From the NCBI GenBank assembly GCA_049296775.1, contig JBAQTB010000001.1, positions 357,284 through 421,283 of the forward strand: DNA of 64,000 nt, written 5' to 3'. Positions 46,911 to 56,269 of this stretch are shown here, one piece after another; the first letter of the stretch is position 1; each line of letters opens with the position of its first letter. Position numbers and translations under genes: made by a program. Below the pieces are notes generated by a model. The model had not been told where the DNA came from, ran no database searches, and worked only from the letters and a program-made list of their open reading frames with translations. Origin of the DNA: Patescibacteria group bacterium (GTDB lineage: Bacteria; Patescibacteriota; Patescibacteriia; UBA9934).

Positions 46911-47693
46911 ATGGCTTTGATAAAGACTGATCAAGAAATTCAAGCAATGCGTGAGGGCGGCGCGATTTTGGCGCGCGCTCTTCAGGCGGCGGTGGATGCG
47001 GTCAAGCCTGGGGTGACCATGAAGGAGTTAGATGACATTGCCACTCAGGTGATCGAGAAAGCTGGGGGCAAGCCTTCATTTAAGGGTTATACCTCTGGTG
47101 GGGGCGTGCCGTTCCCGACGACCATGTGTATTTCTAAGAATGATGAGGTGGTTCATGGTTTGGGCGATAGGTTAATCGTACTGAATGAGGGTGATATCGT
47201 GGGTTTGGATATAGGTTGTTGGTATAAGGGTTTGTGTACGGATATGGCCGTGACCGCGCCGGTGGGCCGCATCACGGAGGAACATAGGATTTTGTTATTG
47301 AATACGCGGGCTGCCATGATGGCGGGTGTTGAGGCGGCGGTAGTGGGGGGTACGGTGCGTGACATTAGTGCTGCAGTTGAAGCCGCGACGGATAAGCAGA
47401 AATACGGCATCGTGAAGACGTTGGTGGGCCATGGCGTTGGTCACGCGGTGCATGAGGCTCCGAATGTGCCTAACTATGTGAGCAAACGTTTTAAGAATGT
47501 CGGCTTGCAGCCGGGCATGTGTTTGGCGATTGAACCGATGTTGACGTTAGGTGATGAAGAAGTTGGTACAGGTGAGGATGGCTGGACAATTGTGACTGTA
47601 GACGGAAGCTGGGCGGCACATTTTGAAGTGACGATTGCTTTGACCGCCGCGGGTACAGAGATTTTGACACCGCAACCGGTCGTTAAGATTTAA
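46911..47693 (+). CDS. map: type I methionine aminopeptidase
   Basis: MALIKTDQEIQAMREGGAILARAL..., metal ligands D/D/H/E/E in the pita-bread fold. Confidence 0.9.
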   Translation: MALIKTDQEIQAMREGGAILARALQAAVDAVKPGVTMKELDDIATQVIEKAGGKPSFKGYTSGGGVPFPTTMCISKNDEVVHGLGDRLIVLNEGDIVGLDIGCWYKGLCTDMAVTAPVGRITEEHRILLLNTRAAMMAGVEAAVVGGTVRDISAAVEAATDKQKYGIVKTLVGHGVGHAVHEAPNVPNYVSKRFKNVGLQPGMCLAIEPMLTLGDEEVGTGEDGWTIVTVDGSWAAHFEVTIALTAAGTEILTPQPVVKI

Positions 47694-47704
47694 GTGGACA
47701 CTGT

Positions 47705-47893
47705 ATGCGTGATCGTGAAAGTGATGAGAAGTGGATACGTGATGTGATCAAGCAGGCCCACATTGACGAATTGGTGTACGTGACGCCAAATCATTATGAT
47801 GGGGGCTATGAGGTTAAGATAGGCACAACTGCAGTGTTTGTGGAGTACGGTGCCGTGGATGCTCGTGAGACGGCCTGGCTGAGTAAAGCGTAA
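47705..47893 (+). CDS. hypothetical small protein
   Basis: 62-aa ORF with no similarity to IF-1 (which normally follows map). Coding status uncertain. Confidence 0.3.
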   Translation: MRDRESDEKWIRDVIKQAHIDELVYVTPNHYDGGYEVKIGTTAVFVEYGAVDARETAWLSKA

Positions 47894-47957
47894 CGACCTT
47901 CCCTTAATCCACTAGTTGATTAGATCCTTCGATGTCTCTTAGGATTACGGGGGAGAG

Positions 47958-48398
47958 GTGCAATATAATATGCAAAAAGGTGATTGGGTTGGCTTAATTA
48001 GTGTGGGGGTGATCCTGATGGGTATCGGGCTATTTTTATGGTTTGCACCCCGGGTGGATCAGTTGGTTTATGCGCCAGTTGAAATTACGGGGAGTGCACT
48101 GACTGGTCAGGTGACGCCGGAGGAGAATGCAGTGACGGTGACGGCGGAGATTAAACAACCTGGGTTTGTGGTTTTGCATGAAGCGCTGGGGGAGGCCCCT
48201 GGGCCAATCGCAGGCCAGACTCCGTTGCTAGCTCCGGGCAGTTACACCAATTTTTTGCTTGTACCGACTATGCCTATGGGGCCGCAGGACTATTTCTTGC
48301 TCCTGTTTGTAGATGACGGTGATGGTGTGTATGAACCGATGGTGGATTTGCCGGTGATGACCGCAGGCCAGGTTTTGAAATATAAATTGAGTTTGTGA
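47958..48398 (+). CDS. hypothetical membrane-anchored protein
   Basis: 146 aa, N-terminal TM helix, Pro/Gly-rich. Confidence 0.4.
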   Translation: MQYNMQKGDWVGLISVGVILMGIGLFLWFAPRVDQLVYAPVEITGSALTGQVTPEENAVTVTAEIKQPGFVVLHEALGEAPGPIAGQTPLLAPGSYTNFLLVPTMPMGPQDYFLLLFVDDGDGVYEPMVDLPVMTAGQVLKYKLSL

Positions 48399-48799
48399 AA
48401 TACTTAGGTGTTGATTTCGGATTGAGAAAAATTGGGACCGCGGTTGGGGATGATATCTCTTACATGGCGGTACCTTTTGCTTTGGTGCCGGGCGGTGCAG
48501 ATGCGGCGGTGCGGTTGGGGCTGTTAGCTAGGCAGGAGGGTATAGAAGCTGTGGTGGTGGGTTTGCCGATCCCGACTGACGTGACTCAGAGTACGAAGCA
48601 GCTAGAACTAACGCAGGCCTTTGTAGAGGAGCTTAAAGGTGTGACCGAGCTACCAGTATTTGTGATTGATGAACAATTTTCTTCTGCTGAGGCACGCCGT
48701 GTGCGGGTGGAGTATGGCGCCACAGCTACGGAGGACGAGATTGCGGCCATGTTAATTTTGCAAGCCTATTTTGATGAACAGACCAGGAGAGTGCTGTAG
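48395..48799 (+). CDS. ruvX: putative pre-16S rRNA nuclease / Holliday junction resolvase-like YqgF/RuvX
   Basis: GTG start; MKYLGVDFGLRKIGTAVGD RNase H-like motif. Confidence 0.8.
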   Translation: MKYLGVDFGLRKIGTAVGDDISYMAVPFALVPGGADAAVRLGLLARQEGIEAVVVGLPIPTDVTQSTKQLELTQAFVEELKGVTELPVFVIDEQFSSAEARRVRVEYGATATEDEIAAMLILQAYFDEQTRRVL

Positions 48800-48805
48800 T
48801 GAGGT

Positions 48806-49594
48806 TTGTACAATATGTGGTCGACGATAAAAACTGAGGCCCTGGTGATTTCTAGCGAGCCTTGGAAAGAGGCAGATCGCCGGTATCGGGCGCTGACTCC
48901 GGCGCACGGTAAGCTCGAATTTGTGGGGCGCGGCGCCATGAAGGGCAAAGCTAAGCTAGCTGCACATCTGGAGCCGTTTGCGGTGGTGAAGCTTGAGATC
49001 ATCAAGGGCAGAAGCTCTACGACGGTGATTGGAGTGGAACGCTTGGAAGCTTTTAAGACATTAGCGACGGTCATTGAGTCACGGTTGTTGGCGCTGGCGG
49101 CGGTGGCATTAATTGATAAAACCGTCCGGCCAGATCTGGAAGATCAATTTTTGTATTCAGAAGCTTTGGAGCTGTTGCGTTTTTTAGATACGGCGCCGGC
49201 TTTTGCGCCCACTAGAAATACGTTGGTACTCGGGGGTTTTTTGCTTCGTTTATTGCGACATCTCGGATACGACGTTGAGCTGGGTACTTGTTTGGCGTGT
49301 AAAGATGATATTCGTCCTTTGGCGTTTAGGTGGCACGAGGGCAGGGGAGGTTTGGTGTGTACAAATTGTGTCCTGGAGCAGCCACAAGAATGGTTCGCGG
49401 CCAGGGCCTTGGATGAAGAGATCGTGACCTTGCTACGTTTTGCTAGGGACGCCCGTTATTTGGACTTACTCAAGCCGTCATTACGAGCTGATCATGTGGG
49501 AATGTTCGCGACTTGCGTGCATGATTTACTGCGCTTTCACGTGCCGGGCTATGTGGATGAGACGCCTTTTTGGTACACTACGACGGTGACTTAG
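48806..49594 (+). CDS. recO: DNA repair protein RecO
   Basis: N-terminal OB-fold (EALVISSEPWKEADRRYRALTP), C-terminal zinc finger CLAC...CTNC. Confidence 0.8.
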   Translation: MYNMWSTIKTEALVISSEPWKEADRRYRALTPAHGKLEFVGRGAMKGKAKLAAHLEPFAVVKLEIIKGRSSTTVIGVERLEAFKTLATVIESRLLALAAVALIDKTVRPDLEDQFLYSEALELLRFLDTAPAFAPTRNTLVLGGFLLRLLRHLGYDVELGTCLACKDDIRPLAFRWHEGRGGLVCTNCVLEQPQEWFAARALDEEIVTLLRFARDARYLDLLKPSLRADHVGMFATCVHDLLRFHVPGYVDETPFWYTTTVT

Positions 49595-49600
49595 GCTGGC

Positions 49601-49628
49601 TTGACAAACTAAGCCGTTGCGCTATGGT
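49601..49628 (+). promoter_or_regulatory. promoter of the aspS T-box leader
   Basis: TTGACA, 16 nt, TATGGT. Confidence 0.5.
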
Positions 49629-49800
49629 TTGAGGGTAGAAACAGGCGGTTGACGCCCGCTTGCGAGTGAAGTTAAACCAAGAGAACAAAGTAAGGTGGCA
49701 CCGCGGTTTATCTCAAGCATATGCTAGAGAAGAAATTCGCCCTTACACGCATGATTCAGGTTGAATTGTGCTGTGAGGGCGAATTTTTAAGTTAAAATTT
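49629..49800 (+). promoter_or_regulatory. T-box riboswitch leader (Asp-specific) with intrinsic terminator
   Basis: T-box sequence AAGTAAGGTGGCACCGCGG at 49688..49706 (consensus AATTAGGGTGGTACCGCGG). The UGGC bulge fits the GCCA 3' end of tRNA-Asp (discriminator G). GAC is present in an upstream loop (ggttGACgcc). Terminator aaattcgccctta...tgagggcgaattttt at 49733..49798. aspS lies immediately downstream. Confidence 0.65.
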
Positions 49801-49818
49801 AGTAATCTTTAAGTAAGT

Positions 49819-51228
49819 ATGTCCAGATTATTGACCTCTGAAATCGTGTCTAAGGTAGGGGAGACGGTGACGGTAGCGGGGTGGATTCATGCCCGCCGAG
49901 ATATGGGTAAGGTGGCTTTTTTCGATTTGCGTGATCGTGAAGGGTTGTTGCAGATCGTGGCTGTACCAAGCGAGCTTGGTGACTCTGCTGAGATTTCAAA
50001 TAAGCTGCGTTCAGAGTGGGTGGTCGAGATTGAAGGAGTGGTTCAGGCCCGGGGAGCGAAGCAGATTAATGATAAGTTGAAGACGGGCACGGTTGAATTG
50101 TTGGCTAAGTCGATTAAAGTCTTGAACGAGTCTAAGACGCCGCCGTTTGAGATCGATAAAGATACTCGTCCGGTGAATGAGGAGGCTAGATTGACGTATA
50201 GATATTTGGATTTGCGCAGTGAGCGTATGCAGGCTAACTTGCGCGTGCGTAGCGCCATGTTCCAGGATATGCGTCAGTACCTGAGCAAGGATGGCTTTAT
50301 TGAAGTAGAAACTCCGGTTTTAACTAAGGGCACTCCGGAGGGGGCGCGTGAATTTATTGTGCCTTCCCGTTTGCATGCACAAAACTTTTACGTGTTACCG
50401 CAGTCTCCGCAGCAATTTAAGCAATTGCTGATGGTGTCAGGTGTGGAGCGTTATTACCAATTTGCTAAGTGTTTTAGGGATGAAGATCAGCGTGGTGACA
50501 GACAGCCAGAGTTCACTCAACTTGATCTTGAGATGAGTTTTGTGGAGCGTGAGGAGGTTATGAGTTTGATTGAGGGTATGTTGCTTGAGATGGTTAGAAA
50601 GTATAAGCCAGAGGCTAAATTGGGCCAGGTGCCTTTTCCGCGCATGGCGTACAAGGAGGCGATGGAGAAGTATGGTACGGATAGACCGGATATTCGTGCA
50701 GATAAGACTGATCCAAATGAAATGGCTTTCTTGTGGGTGGTTGATTTTCCATTTTTTGAGAAGACAACTGACGCTGCAGGTTCGGGGCAGGGTGGTTGGA
50801 CCTTTACCCACAATCCGTTCTCAGCAGCTTTGCCAGAATGGCGCGATAAATTGATGAAGAAAGAGGAGATTGGGGAGATTATTACCAGTCAGTACGATAT
50901 TGTGCTGAATGGTTTTGAGATTGGTGGCGGATCGATTAGAAATCACCGCCCTGAAGCTTTGCGTACAGTCTTTGAGATTATGGGCTTTACGACTGAACAG
51001 ATCGATGAACAATTCGGGCATATGCTTCAGGCCTTTGAATTTGGTGCTCCGCCGCACGGGGGTATTGCCCTAGGCATTGACCGAGTGTTGGCCCTGTTCC
51101 AGGGGGAGGCGAACATTCGTGAGGTGATGGCGTTCCCTAAGGATGGCAATGCACGTGATCACATGATGGGAGCACCTTCTCCACTGCCGGATAAGGCGTT
51201 AAAAGAGGCGAATATTAAGTTGGCCTAA
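49819..51228 (+). CDS. aspS: aspartate--tRNA ligase, bacterial-type but lacking the GAD insertion domain
   Basis: N-terminal OB anticodon-binding domain. Motif 2 FRDEDQRGDRQPEFTQLDLEMSF (bacterial type), motif 3 GGGSIRNHRPE. Only ~12 aa where E. coli AspRS has the ~130-aa GAD domain; 469 aa. Confidence 0.9.
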   Translation: MSRLLTSEIVSKVGETVTVAGWIHARRDMGKVAFFDLRDREGLLQIVAVPSELGDSAEISNKLRSEWVVEIEGVVQARGAKQINDKLKTGTVELLAKSIKVLNESKTPPFEIDKDTRPVNEEARLTYRYLDLRSERMQANLRVRSAMFQDMRQYLSKDGFIEVETPVLTKGTPEGAREFIVPSRLHAQNFYVLPQSPQQFKQLLMVSGVERYYQFAKCFRDEDQRGDRQPEFTQLDLEMSFVEREEVMSLIEGMLLEMVRKYKPEAKLGQVPFPRMAYKEAMEKYGTDRPDIRADKTDPNEMAFLWVVDFPFFEKTTDAAGSGQGGWTFTHNPFSAALPEWRDKLMKKEEIGEIITSQYDIVLNGFEIGGGSIRNHRPEALRTVFEIMGFTTEQIDEQFGHMLQAFEFGAPPHGGIALGIDRVLALFQGEANIREVMAFPKDGNARDHMMGAPSPLPDKALKEANIKLA

Positions 51229-51301
51229 GAGACGGAATTTGATTTACAGAGAGCCTCAAAGTTAGAAAACAGCGAGGCTTTTCTGTTACAATAGGCAGGA
51301 T

Positions 51302-52006
51302 ATGCAATTTAATGTGGCACAGGAGGTATTCTCTGGACCATTAGAACTCTTGTTGGAGTTGATTGAGTCTGATGAGCTAGAGATTACCCAGGTGTCTTTG
51401 GCTAAAGTAGCTGAAGGGTATTTACAATATTTAGAGGAGCATGAAGTACCAGCTGATGAGTTGGCCGATTTTTTGTTGGTGGCGTCTAGATTGATCTACT
51501 TAAAGAGCCGGGAGCTCATGCCGTATTTGCGGATTGCGGATGAGGATGAAGGTGTTGATAAACTGCAGGATCAGTTACGTTTATACCGTGAGTATGCGGC
51601 TGCGGCCAGGGAGCTTGAGGAACGGTATTTAAAAGCGAGAATGTATGTGAGGCCATTTGTTAAAATGTCACGTGTTCAGGAGGTAGCGTTTGCGCCGGCG
51701 ACTAATGTGACGACGTTGAATTTGATGGAACTGTACAAGATCGTTCTAAAAAGACTGCAACCGTTCTTTGCTCTGCAACAGGCCAGCATGGAGCGGACCA
51801 AATCAGTTGAGGAACGTTTGGAGGAATTGACGGAAGCCTTGAGGAGTAAAGCGACGATGTCTTTCAAGGAGGTGATCATTGGGGCGGGGTCTAAGATGGA
51901 GGTGGTAGTAAGTTTCTTGGCGCTCCTTGAACTGTTGCGGAGACGGGCAGTACGCGCAGAACAGACGGGATCTTTTGCGGATATTCAGTTAAAACGTGTT
52001 AGCTAG
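51302..52006 (+). CDS. scpA: segregation and condensation protein A
   Basis: ScpA kleisin N-terminal helix pattern (ELEITQVSLAKVAEGYLQYL). Confidence 0.8.
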   Translation: MQFNVAQEVFSGPLELLLELIESDELEITQVSLAKVAEGYLQYLEEHEVPADELADFLLVASRLIYLKSRELMPYLRIADEDEGVDKLQDQLRLYREYAAAARELEERYLKARMYVRPFVKMSRVQEVAFAPATNVTTLNLMELYKIVLKRLQPFFALQQASMERTKSVEERLEELTEALRSKATMSFKEVIIGAGSKMEVVVSFLALLELLRRRAVRAEQTGSFADIQLKRVS

Positions 52007-52592
52007 TATGGCCAATCTTGAAGCACAATTAGAGGCGTGTTTATTCGTAGCCACTAAGCCGGTTAGCATTAAAGAATTAGCTAAGATTACGCAAGTATCT
52101 GAGACTGAGGTGGCAGCGGTTTTGAAGGAGATGCTGCAAACACGTCAGACGAATGCAGCGGGCATTCAGCTGTTATTGCTGGATGGAGCGGCTCAGTTGG
52201 TGACGAGTCCAGAGTGTGCTGAGGTGGTGGCTAGGATCGCTAAGGAAGAGGTGGCGCCTGAGCTAACCAGACCGTCACTTGAGGCCTTAACGATCATTGC
52301 ATACCGGGGTCCGGTGACTAAACCGGAGATCGAGGCGATTCGTGGTGTAAACTGTAGTTTGATTCTGCGCAATTTATTGATGCGGGGCCTAGTGGAAGAA
52401 TCAGAAGATGCCAGACGCATGCAGACTGTTTATACTATTTCTACAGATACTTTACGTTTTCTAGGTCTGCACGAGGAGAAAGAATTGCCAGATTACCAAA
52501 CCCTCCACGCCAACGCTCATATTGATAAATTACTTGAGGCTGTGATGACGCCATCTGAAACTCAGGATGGGTCGGTGCCAGTGTCAGACTAG
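51996..52592 (+). CDS. scpB: segregation and condensation protein B
   Basis: Winged-helix ScpB pattern LEACLFVATKPVSIKELAKIT; overlaps scpA. Confidence 0.8.
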   Translation: MLASMANLEAQLEACLFVATKPVSIKELAKITQVSETEVAAVLKEMLQTRQTNAAGIQLLLLDGAAQLVTSPECAEVVARIAKEEVAPELTRPSLEALTIIAYRGPVTKPEIEAIRGVNCSLILRNLLMRGLVEESEDARRMQTVYTISTDTLRFLGLHEEKELPDYQTLHANAHIDKLLEAVMTPSETQDGSVPVSD

Positions 52593-52594
52593 CT

Positions 52595-53566
52595 ATGCTC
52601 ACCAAGGCGTTATCACATTTACTGTTTGCAGTCAGCGTGGTCAACTTTTTTCCGGTTGATGGGGCCATGTTGGAGTTGCAGGCTGGAGTGAGTACGCCGG
52701 TTGAGGCGGTGATGACGAGTTTACCGTACGGAGCTTTTCCGTCCTTGCCCAAAGCGGAAAGCAAATTGATTCCACCACCAGTTAAAGTTGATTTGGGGTC
52801 TTTTGGAGTAGTGACGAGCGCGCAGAGTGCGGTGGTGATTGATGCCGCAAGTGGCGCGGTCTTATTTTCTAAGAATCCCAATGAGGTGAGGCCAATTGGG
52901 AGTATTACTAAGTTATTAACAGCTTTAGTCTTTTTGGAGACTGAACCGGACCTAGCCAGTTACGTCACGGTCACGCCGGACGATTTTGCCGGTACTGGCA
53001 GGGTGTACGTGTATTACGATGATGCGCTGACGTTGGAAAATGTACTCGGCGCAAGTTTGGTGGGCTCTGATAATACGGCCACGTTAGCTCTGGTACGGCA
53101 TTCTGGTTTGACTAAGGATGAGTTTGTAGCACGGATGAATACTAAGGCCATTGAGCTAGGTATGCTATCTAGCCGCTTTGAAGATCCGAGCGGCTTATCT
53201 GTGAAGAATGTATCCACTGTAACTGAGGTGTCATTGCTCTTGGCTGCGGCTAAGGCGCAGGCTGAGATGGCACAATTTATGACAGATGCTACCTTGAATG
53301 TGCCGCAAATGAGCGGCCGGGTGGCGGTCATTCCTTCCACCAATCTCTTGCTGACTTCAGCTTTAAATTCTGGTAACTATCAAGTGACCGGCGGCAAGAC
53401 GGGTTACATTCCTCAGGCTGGTTACTGTGTGACGACAGCGATCAAGTACGAAGGTCACGAAATTTATGTAGTGGTTTTGGGGGCGGACGGACTGACGTCC
53501 AGATTTGATGATGCTATGGCTTTGGCTGGTTGGACCTTTAAGACGTTTGATTGGACAAACTTATGA
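52595..53566 (+). CDS. D-alanyl-D-alanine carboxypeptidase (S11 family PBP)
   Basis: SxxK (SITK), SxN (SDN), KTG (GKTGY) motifs. Confidence 0.8.
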   Translation: MLTKALSHLLFAVSVVNFFPVDGAMLELQAGVSTPVEAVMTSLPYGAFPSLPKAESKLIPPPVKVDLGSFGVVTSAQSAVVIDAASGAVLFSKNPNEVRPIGSITKLLTALVFLETEPDLASYVTVTPDDFAGTGRVYVYYDDALTLENVLGASLVGSDNTATLALVRHSGLTKDEFVARMNTKAIELGMLSSRFEDPSGLSVKNVSTVTEVSLLLAAAKAQAEMAQFMTDATLNVPQMSGRVAVIPSTNLLLTSALNSGNYQVTGGKTGYIPQAGYCVTTAIKYEGHEIYVVVLGADGLTSRFDDAMALAGWTFKTFDWTNL

Positions 53567-54054
53567 AGGAACTAATCATCCAGGCTTTAGAAGTGGCGCC
53601 ACCGTGGTTGCGCGTGATCGCGCTTTCGGCGATTCCAATTACTGAATACCAATTATCTATTCCGGTGGGTATTCACGAATATCACTTGGCACCGTGGTGG
53701 GTATTTGTGTTGGGCGTGATTGGAGCGGCTGTGCCATTTTTCCCATTGTATTTTGGCTTAGAGTGGTTGCGTGAATTTTTGGTTAAGCATTTTCCACCAC
53801 TGTTGCGACCTTTGGATGTATTACTTGCTAGAGCCGAGCGGAAACTGAAGGATGATTATGCCAAGTATGGCATGATGGCTTTATTTTTATTACTAGTCAT
53901 TCCTTTTCCACTCACGGGAGTTTGGACAGCGTCATTTGCGGCGGTAGCGTTAAAAATTCCGTTTAAAGAAGCGGCCTTAGGTATTCTCTTGGGCATGTTG
54001 GGCGGGGCCACGGTGGTGGTAATTCTAAGCGTAGCCGGGGGAGCGGTGCTTTAG
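53551..54054 (+). CDS. hypothetical polytopic membrane protein (COG2426-like small membrane protein)
   Basis: 167 aa, four or five hydrophobic helices; family assignment tentative. Confidence 0.4.
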   Translation: MDKLMKELIIQALEVAPPWLRVIALSAIPITEYQLSIPVGIHEYHLAPWWVFVLGVIGAAVPFFPLYFGLEWLREFLVKHFPPLLRPLDVLLARAERKLKDDYAKYGMMALFLLLVIPFPLTGVWTASFAAVALKIPFKEAALGILLGMLGGATVVVILSVAGGAVL

Positions 54055-54548
54055 TATAGGAAATACACGATGCTAATTACTGCTAGAGCTTGTGCAAATA
54101 AAGCGTAACGCAGTTTAGGATCACCGTGCTGGCGGCAGAAGTAGTCGTGAAAAAAGAAATGGAGTTTAGTGTGTTTACGGCCTGGGTGGGATTTGATTAA
54201 ATCGTTGATGCCGACGAGCGCATCTGGGAGGACACTGCCAAAAATGGCAGCAATGTAGACGCTGCTACGGGTGACATCATTTGGCAGAAAAGTGCCGAGT
54301 AAGGTTAGGAGGCCGATCCCGAGGGCGACGTCTAGAAGTACAAAAAGGTGAGAAGTTTTTTCATTCGTTTTATTAACGAGATGATCATGGTCACGCATGT
54401 GCATGTCGCCGTGAGGAATCATGTCCACGAGGTAGTGCGAACAGAAGCCGAGGACGAAGCCTAACACGGGATTGCCGACCAGGGTGCCGATTAAGGCGCC
54501 GATTGCGGTATGGGTGGTAGTTGTCATAAATCTGTTCAATTTTAGCAC
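54051..54548 (-). CDS. membrane-bound metal-dependent hydrolase, YdjM/DUF457 family
   Basis: His-rich motifs HYLVDMIPHGDMHMRDHDH within a multi-TM protein. Confidence 0.55.
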   Translation of the reverse strand: MLKLNRFMTTTTHTAIGALIGTLVGNPVLGFVLGFCSHYLVDMIPHGDMHMRDHDHLVNKTNEKTSHLFVLLDVALGIGLLTLLGTFLPNDVTRSSVYIAAIFGSVLPDALVGINDLIKSHPGRKHTKLHFFFHDYFCRQHGDPKLRYALFAQALAVISIVYFLY

Positions 54549-54662
54549 TATTTTCGTGCTCTTGCTAGAGCTTGCTAATATTCGCGTTTTTTGCTATTCT
54601 GATCACCGTGAAGTGCGAGAAAACATATTAAGTTTGGTCAGATCCTAGAGGCGAGCGAGTAA

Positions 54663-54738
54663 GGCTGGGTAGCTCAGTTGGTAGAGCGCAGGACTCATAA
54701 GCCTGTTGTCGCGGGTTCGATCCCCGCCCCAGCCACCA
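54663..54738 (+). tRNA. tRNA-Met (anticodon CAT; elongator, or possibly Ile-lysidine type)
   Basis: Cloverleaf: acceptor GGCTGGG/CCCAGCC fully paired, anticodon loop CTCATAA, T-arm GCGGG-TTCGATC-CCCGC, encoded CCA. Confidence 0.85.
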
Positions 54739-54998
54739 TAAAAACACTTTATTTGGTCGATTTTGGCCTCACGGAGCCTCTATTTTTCTTCACCGTAGGG
54801 TTGCCTACGCCTCAGAAAAATTTTCTCCGTTCAACCAAACTCGCCACAAATAAAGTGTTTTTTTGATTGTGAAAATCTTAGCTTGTGAGGTACCCGGAAG
54901 ATTATCGGCATTTTCATTATGCTTTTAAAGCTTGACCGGAAGTCGAAAAACGTGTATTCTTTGGCCAGGAAATGAAAACCTATTAAGTTTTTAAACGC

Positions 54999-55075
54999 CG
55001 CGGGGTAGAGCAGTCAGGCAGCTCGTCGGGCTCATAACCCGAAGGTCGTCGGTTCAAATCCGACCCCCGCAACCA
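54999..55075 (+). tRNA. initiator tRNA-fMet (anticodon CAT)
   Basis: C1:A72 mismatch at the acceptor end, three consecutive G:C pairs in the anticodon stem (TCGGG/CCCGA), anticodon loop CTCATAA, encoded CCA. Confidence 0.85.
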
Positions 55076-55077
55076 AA

Positions 55078-55107
55078 AAATCTTACCGTTTCGGTGAGAT
55101 TTTTTTG
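55078..55107 (+). terminator. terminator after tRNA-fMet
   Basis: atcttaccg-tttc-ggtgagat followed by TTTTTTT. Confidence 0.6.
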
Positions 55108-55176
55108 TCCAAGGAGGTGGTTTGTTGTGGGATTGCCAGGATAGAAAGAATTTGATACATTATTGGCCGTCAATGA

Positions 55177-55262
55177 GCCATGGTGGCGGAATGGTATACG
55201 CGACGGACTCAAAATCCGTTTCTCGCAAGGGATTGAGGGTTCGAGTCCCTCCCATGGTACCA
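55177..55262 (+). tRNA. tRNA-Leu (anticodon CAA), long variable arm
   Basis: Acceptor GCCATGG/CCATGGT, anticodon loop CTCAAAA, 15-nt variable arm, T-arm GAGGG-TTCGAGT-CCCTC, encoded CCA. Confidence 0.85.
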
Positions 55263-55266
55263 AAAA

Positions 55267-55317
55267 GACCTTAAATTTCCCCAGCTCCTCGTAGCTGAAA
55301 AATTTAAGGCTTTTTTG
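55267..55317 (+). terminator. compound terminator after tRNA-Leu
   Basis: ccttaaattt...aaatttaagg outer stem with an inner cagct-cctcgt-agctg hairpin, followed by TTTTTT. Confidence 0.55.
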
Positions 55318-55486
55318 TTTGAGTGATCGGTCATCAGGTTTGAGAAAGTAGAATAGGTCGATAGTGCCTTGTCGTAATCACAGACGTTGTGGAGACGCGA
55401 CGGTGTCGCTGTTTCCCGAGGGTACTTTGAGGTGTTTATAGTTGGTCTGTTTTTGGGAAATGACTGTGGTAGAATAGCCAACGAAT

Positions 55487-56257
55487 ATGGCTCACATTGT
55501 TTCGGTGGTGAATCAAAAAGGTGGGGTGGGTAAAACTACAACATCCATGAATTTGGCGGCGTATTTGGCGCATTACGGTAAATACGTGTTATTGGTAGAT
55601 TTGGATCCTCAGGGCAATGCCTCGAGTGGTTTTGGGCATGATATTGGATCTTTGCCTGGCACGTATGAGGCGTTGTCTAATACGGAAAAAACTAAAGATT
55701 ACGTGGTGGCTACGGCTCATGATGGTTTGTTGATCTTGCCAGGCAGCCCAAACTTGGCGGGTGCGCAAGTGGAGCTAGTTAGCGAGTTTAATCGTGAGCG
55801 TAAGCTAGAGCAGGCGTTGTTATCTGTGCGGAATGATTACGATTATATTATTATCGATAACCCGCCGTCTTTGGGTTTATTGACGATTAACGGCCTAGTG
55901 GCTAGTGACAGCGTGTTGGTGCCGGTACAGGCGGAGTATTATGCCTTGGAAGGTTTGGGCCAACTCATGCAAACGGTAGATTTGGTGCGTGAGCATTTGA
56001 AGCCGGATTTAGCGATTATGGGGGCGGTGATTACCATGTTTGATCCGCGAACGAATTTGTCTAACCAAGTCTTGCAGGAGTTGTATAAACATTTTCCAGG
56101 TAAAATTTTCCGATCGGTAATTCCAAGAAGTGTGAGATTGGCGGAGGCACCAAGTTTTGGTAAGTCGATTCTGCATTACGATCCATCATCTAAAGCGGCT
56201 AAAGCTTATGAGCGTTTAGCTAGAGAGTTTCTGGAGCGCGAACAGACCCAGGTTTAA
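55487..56257 (+). CDS. parA: chromosome partitioning ATPase ParA/Soj
   Basis: Deviant Walker A KGGVGKTTT; 256 aa. Confidence 0.9.
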   Translation: MAHIVSVVNQKGGVGKTTTSMNLAAYLAHYGKYVLLVDLDPQGNASSGFGHDIGSLPGTYEALSNTEKTKDYVVATAHDGLLILPGSPNLAGAQVELVSEFNRERKLEQALLSVRNDYDYIIIDNPPSLGLLTINGLVASDSVLVPVQAEYYALEGLGQLMQTVDLVREHLKPDLAIMGAVITMFDPRTNLSNQVLQELYKHFPGKIFRSVIPRSVRLAEAPSFGKSILHYDPSSKAAKAYERLAREFLEREQTQV

Positions 56258-56269
56258 CTACACTGAGCT

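Noticed and set aside
54678-55263. ORFs 54678..54866 (+) and 55054..55263 (-)
   Set aside because: They overlap the tRNA-Met and tRNA-Leu/tRNA-fMet genes respectively and are artefacts of the tRNA cluster.
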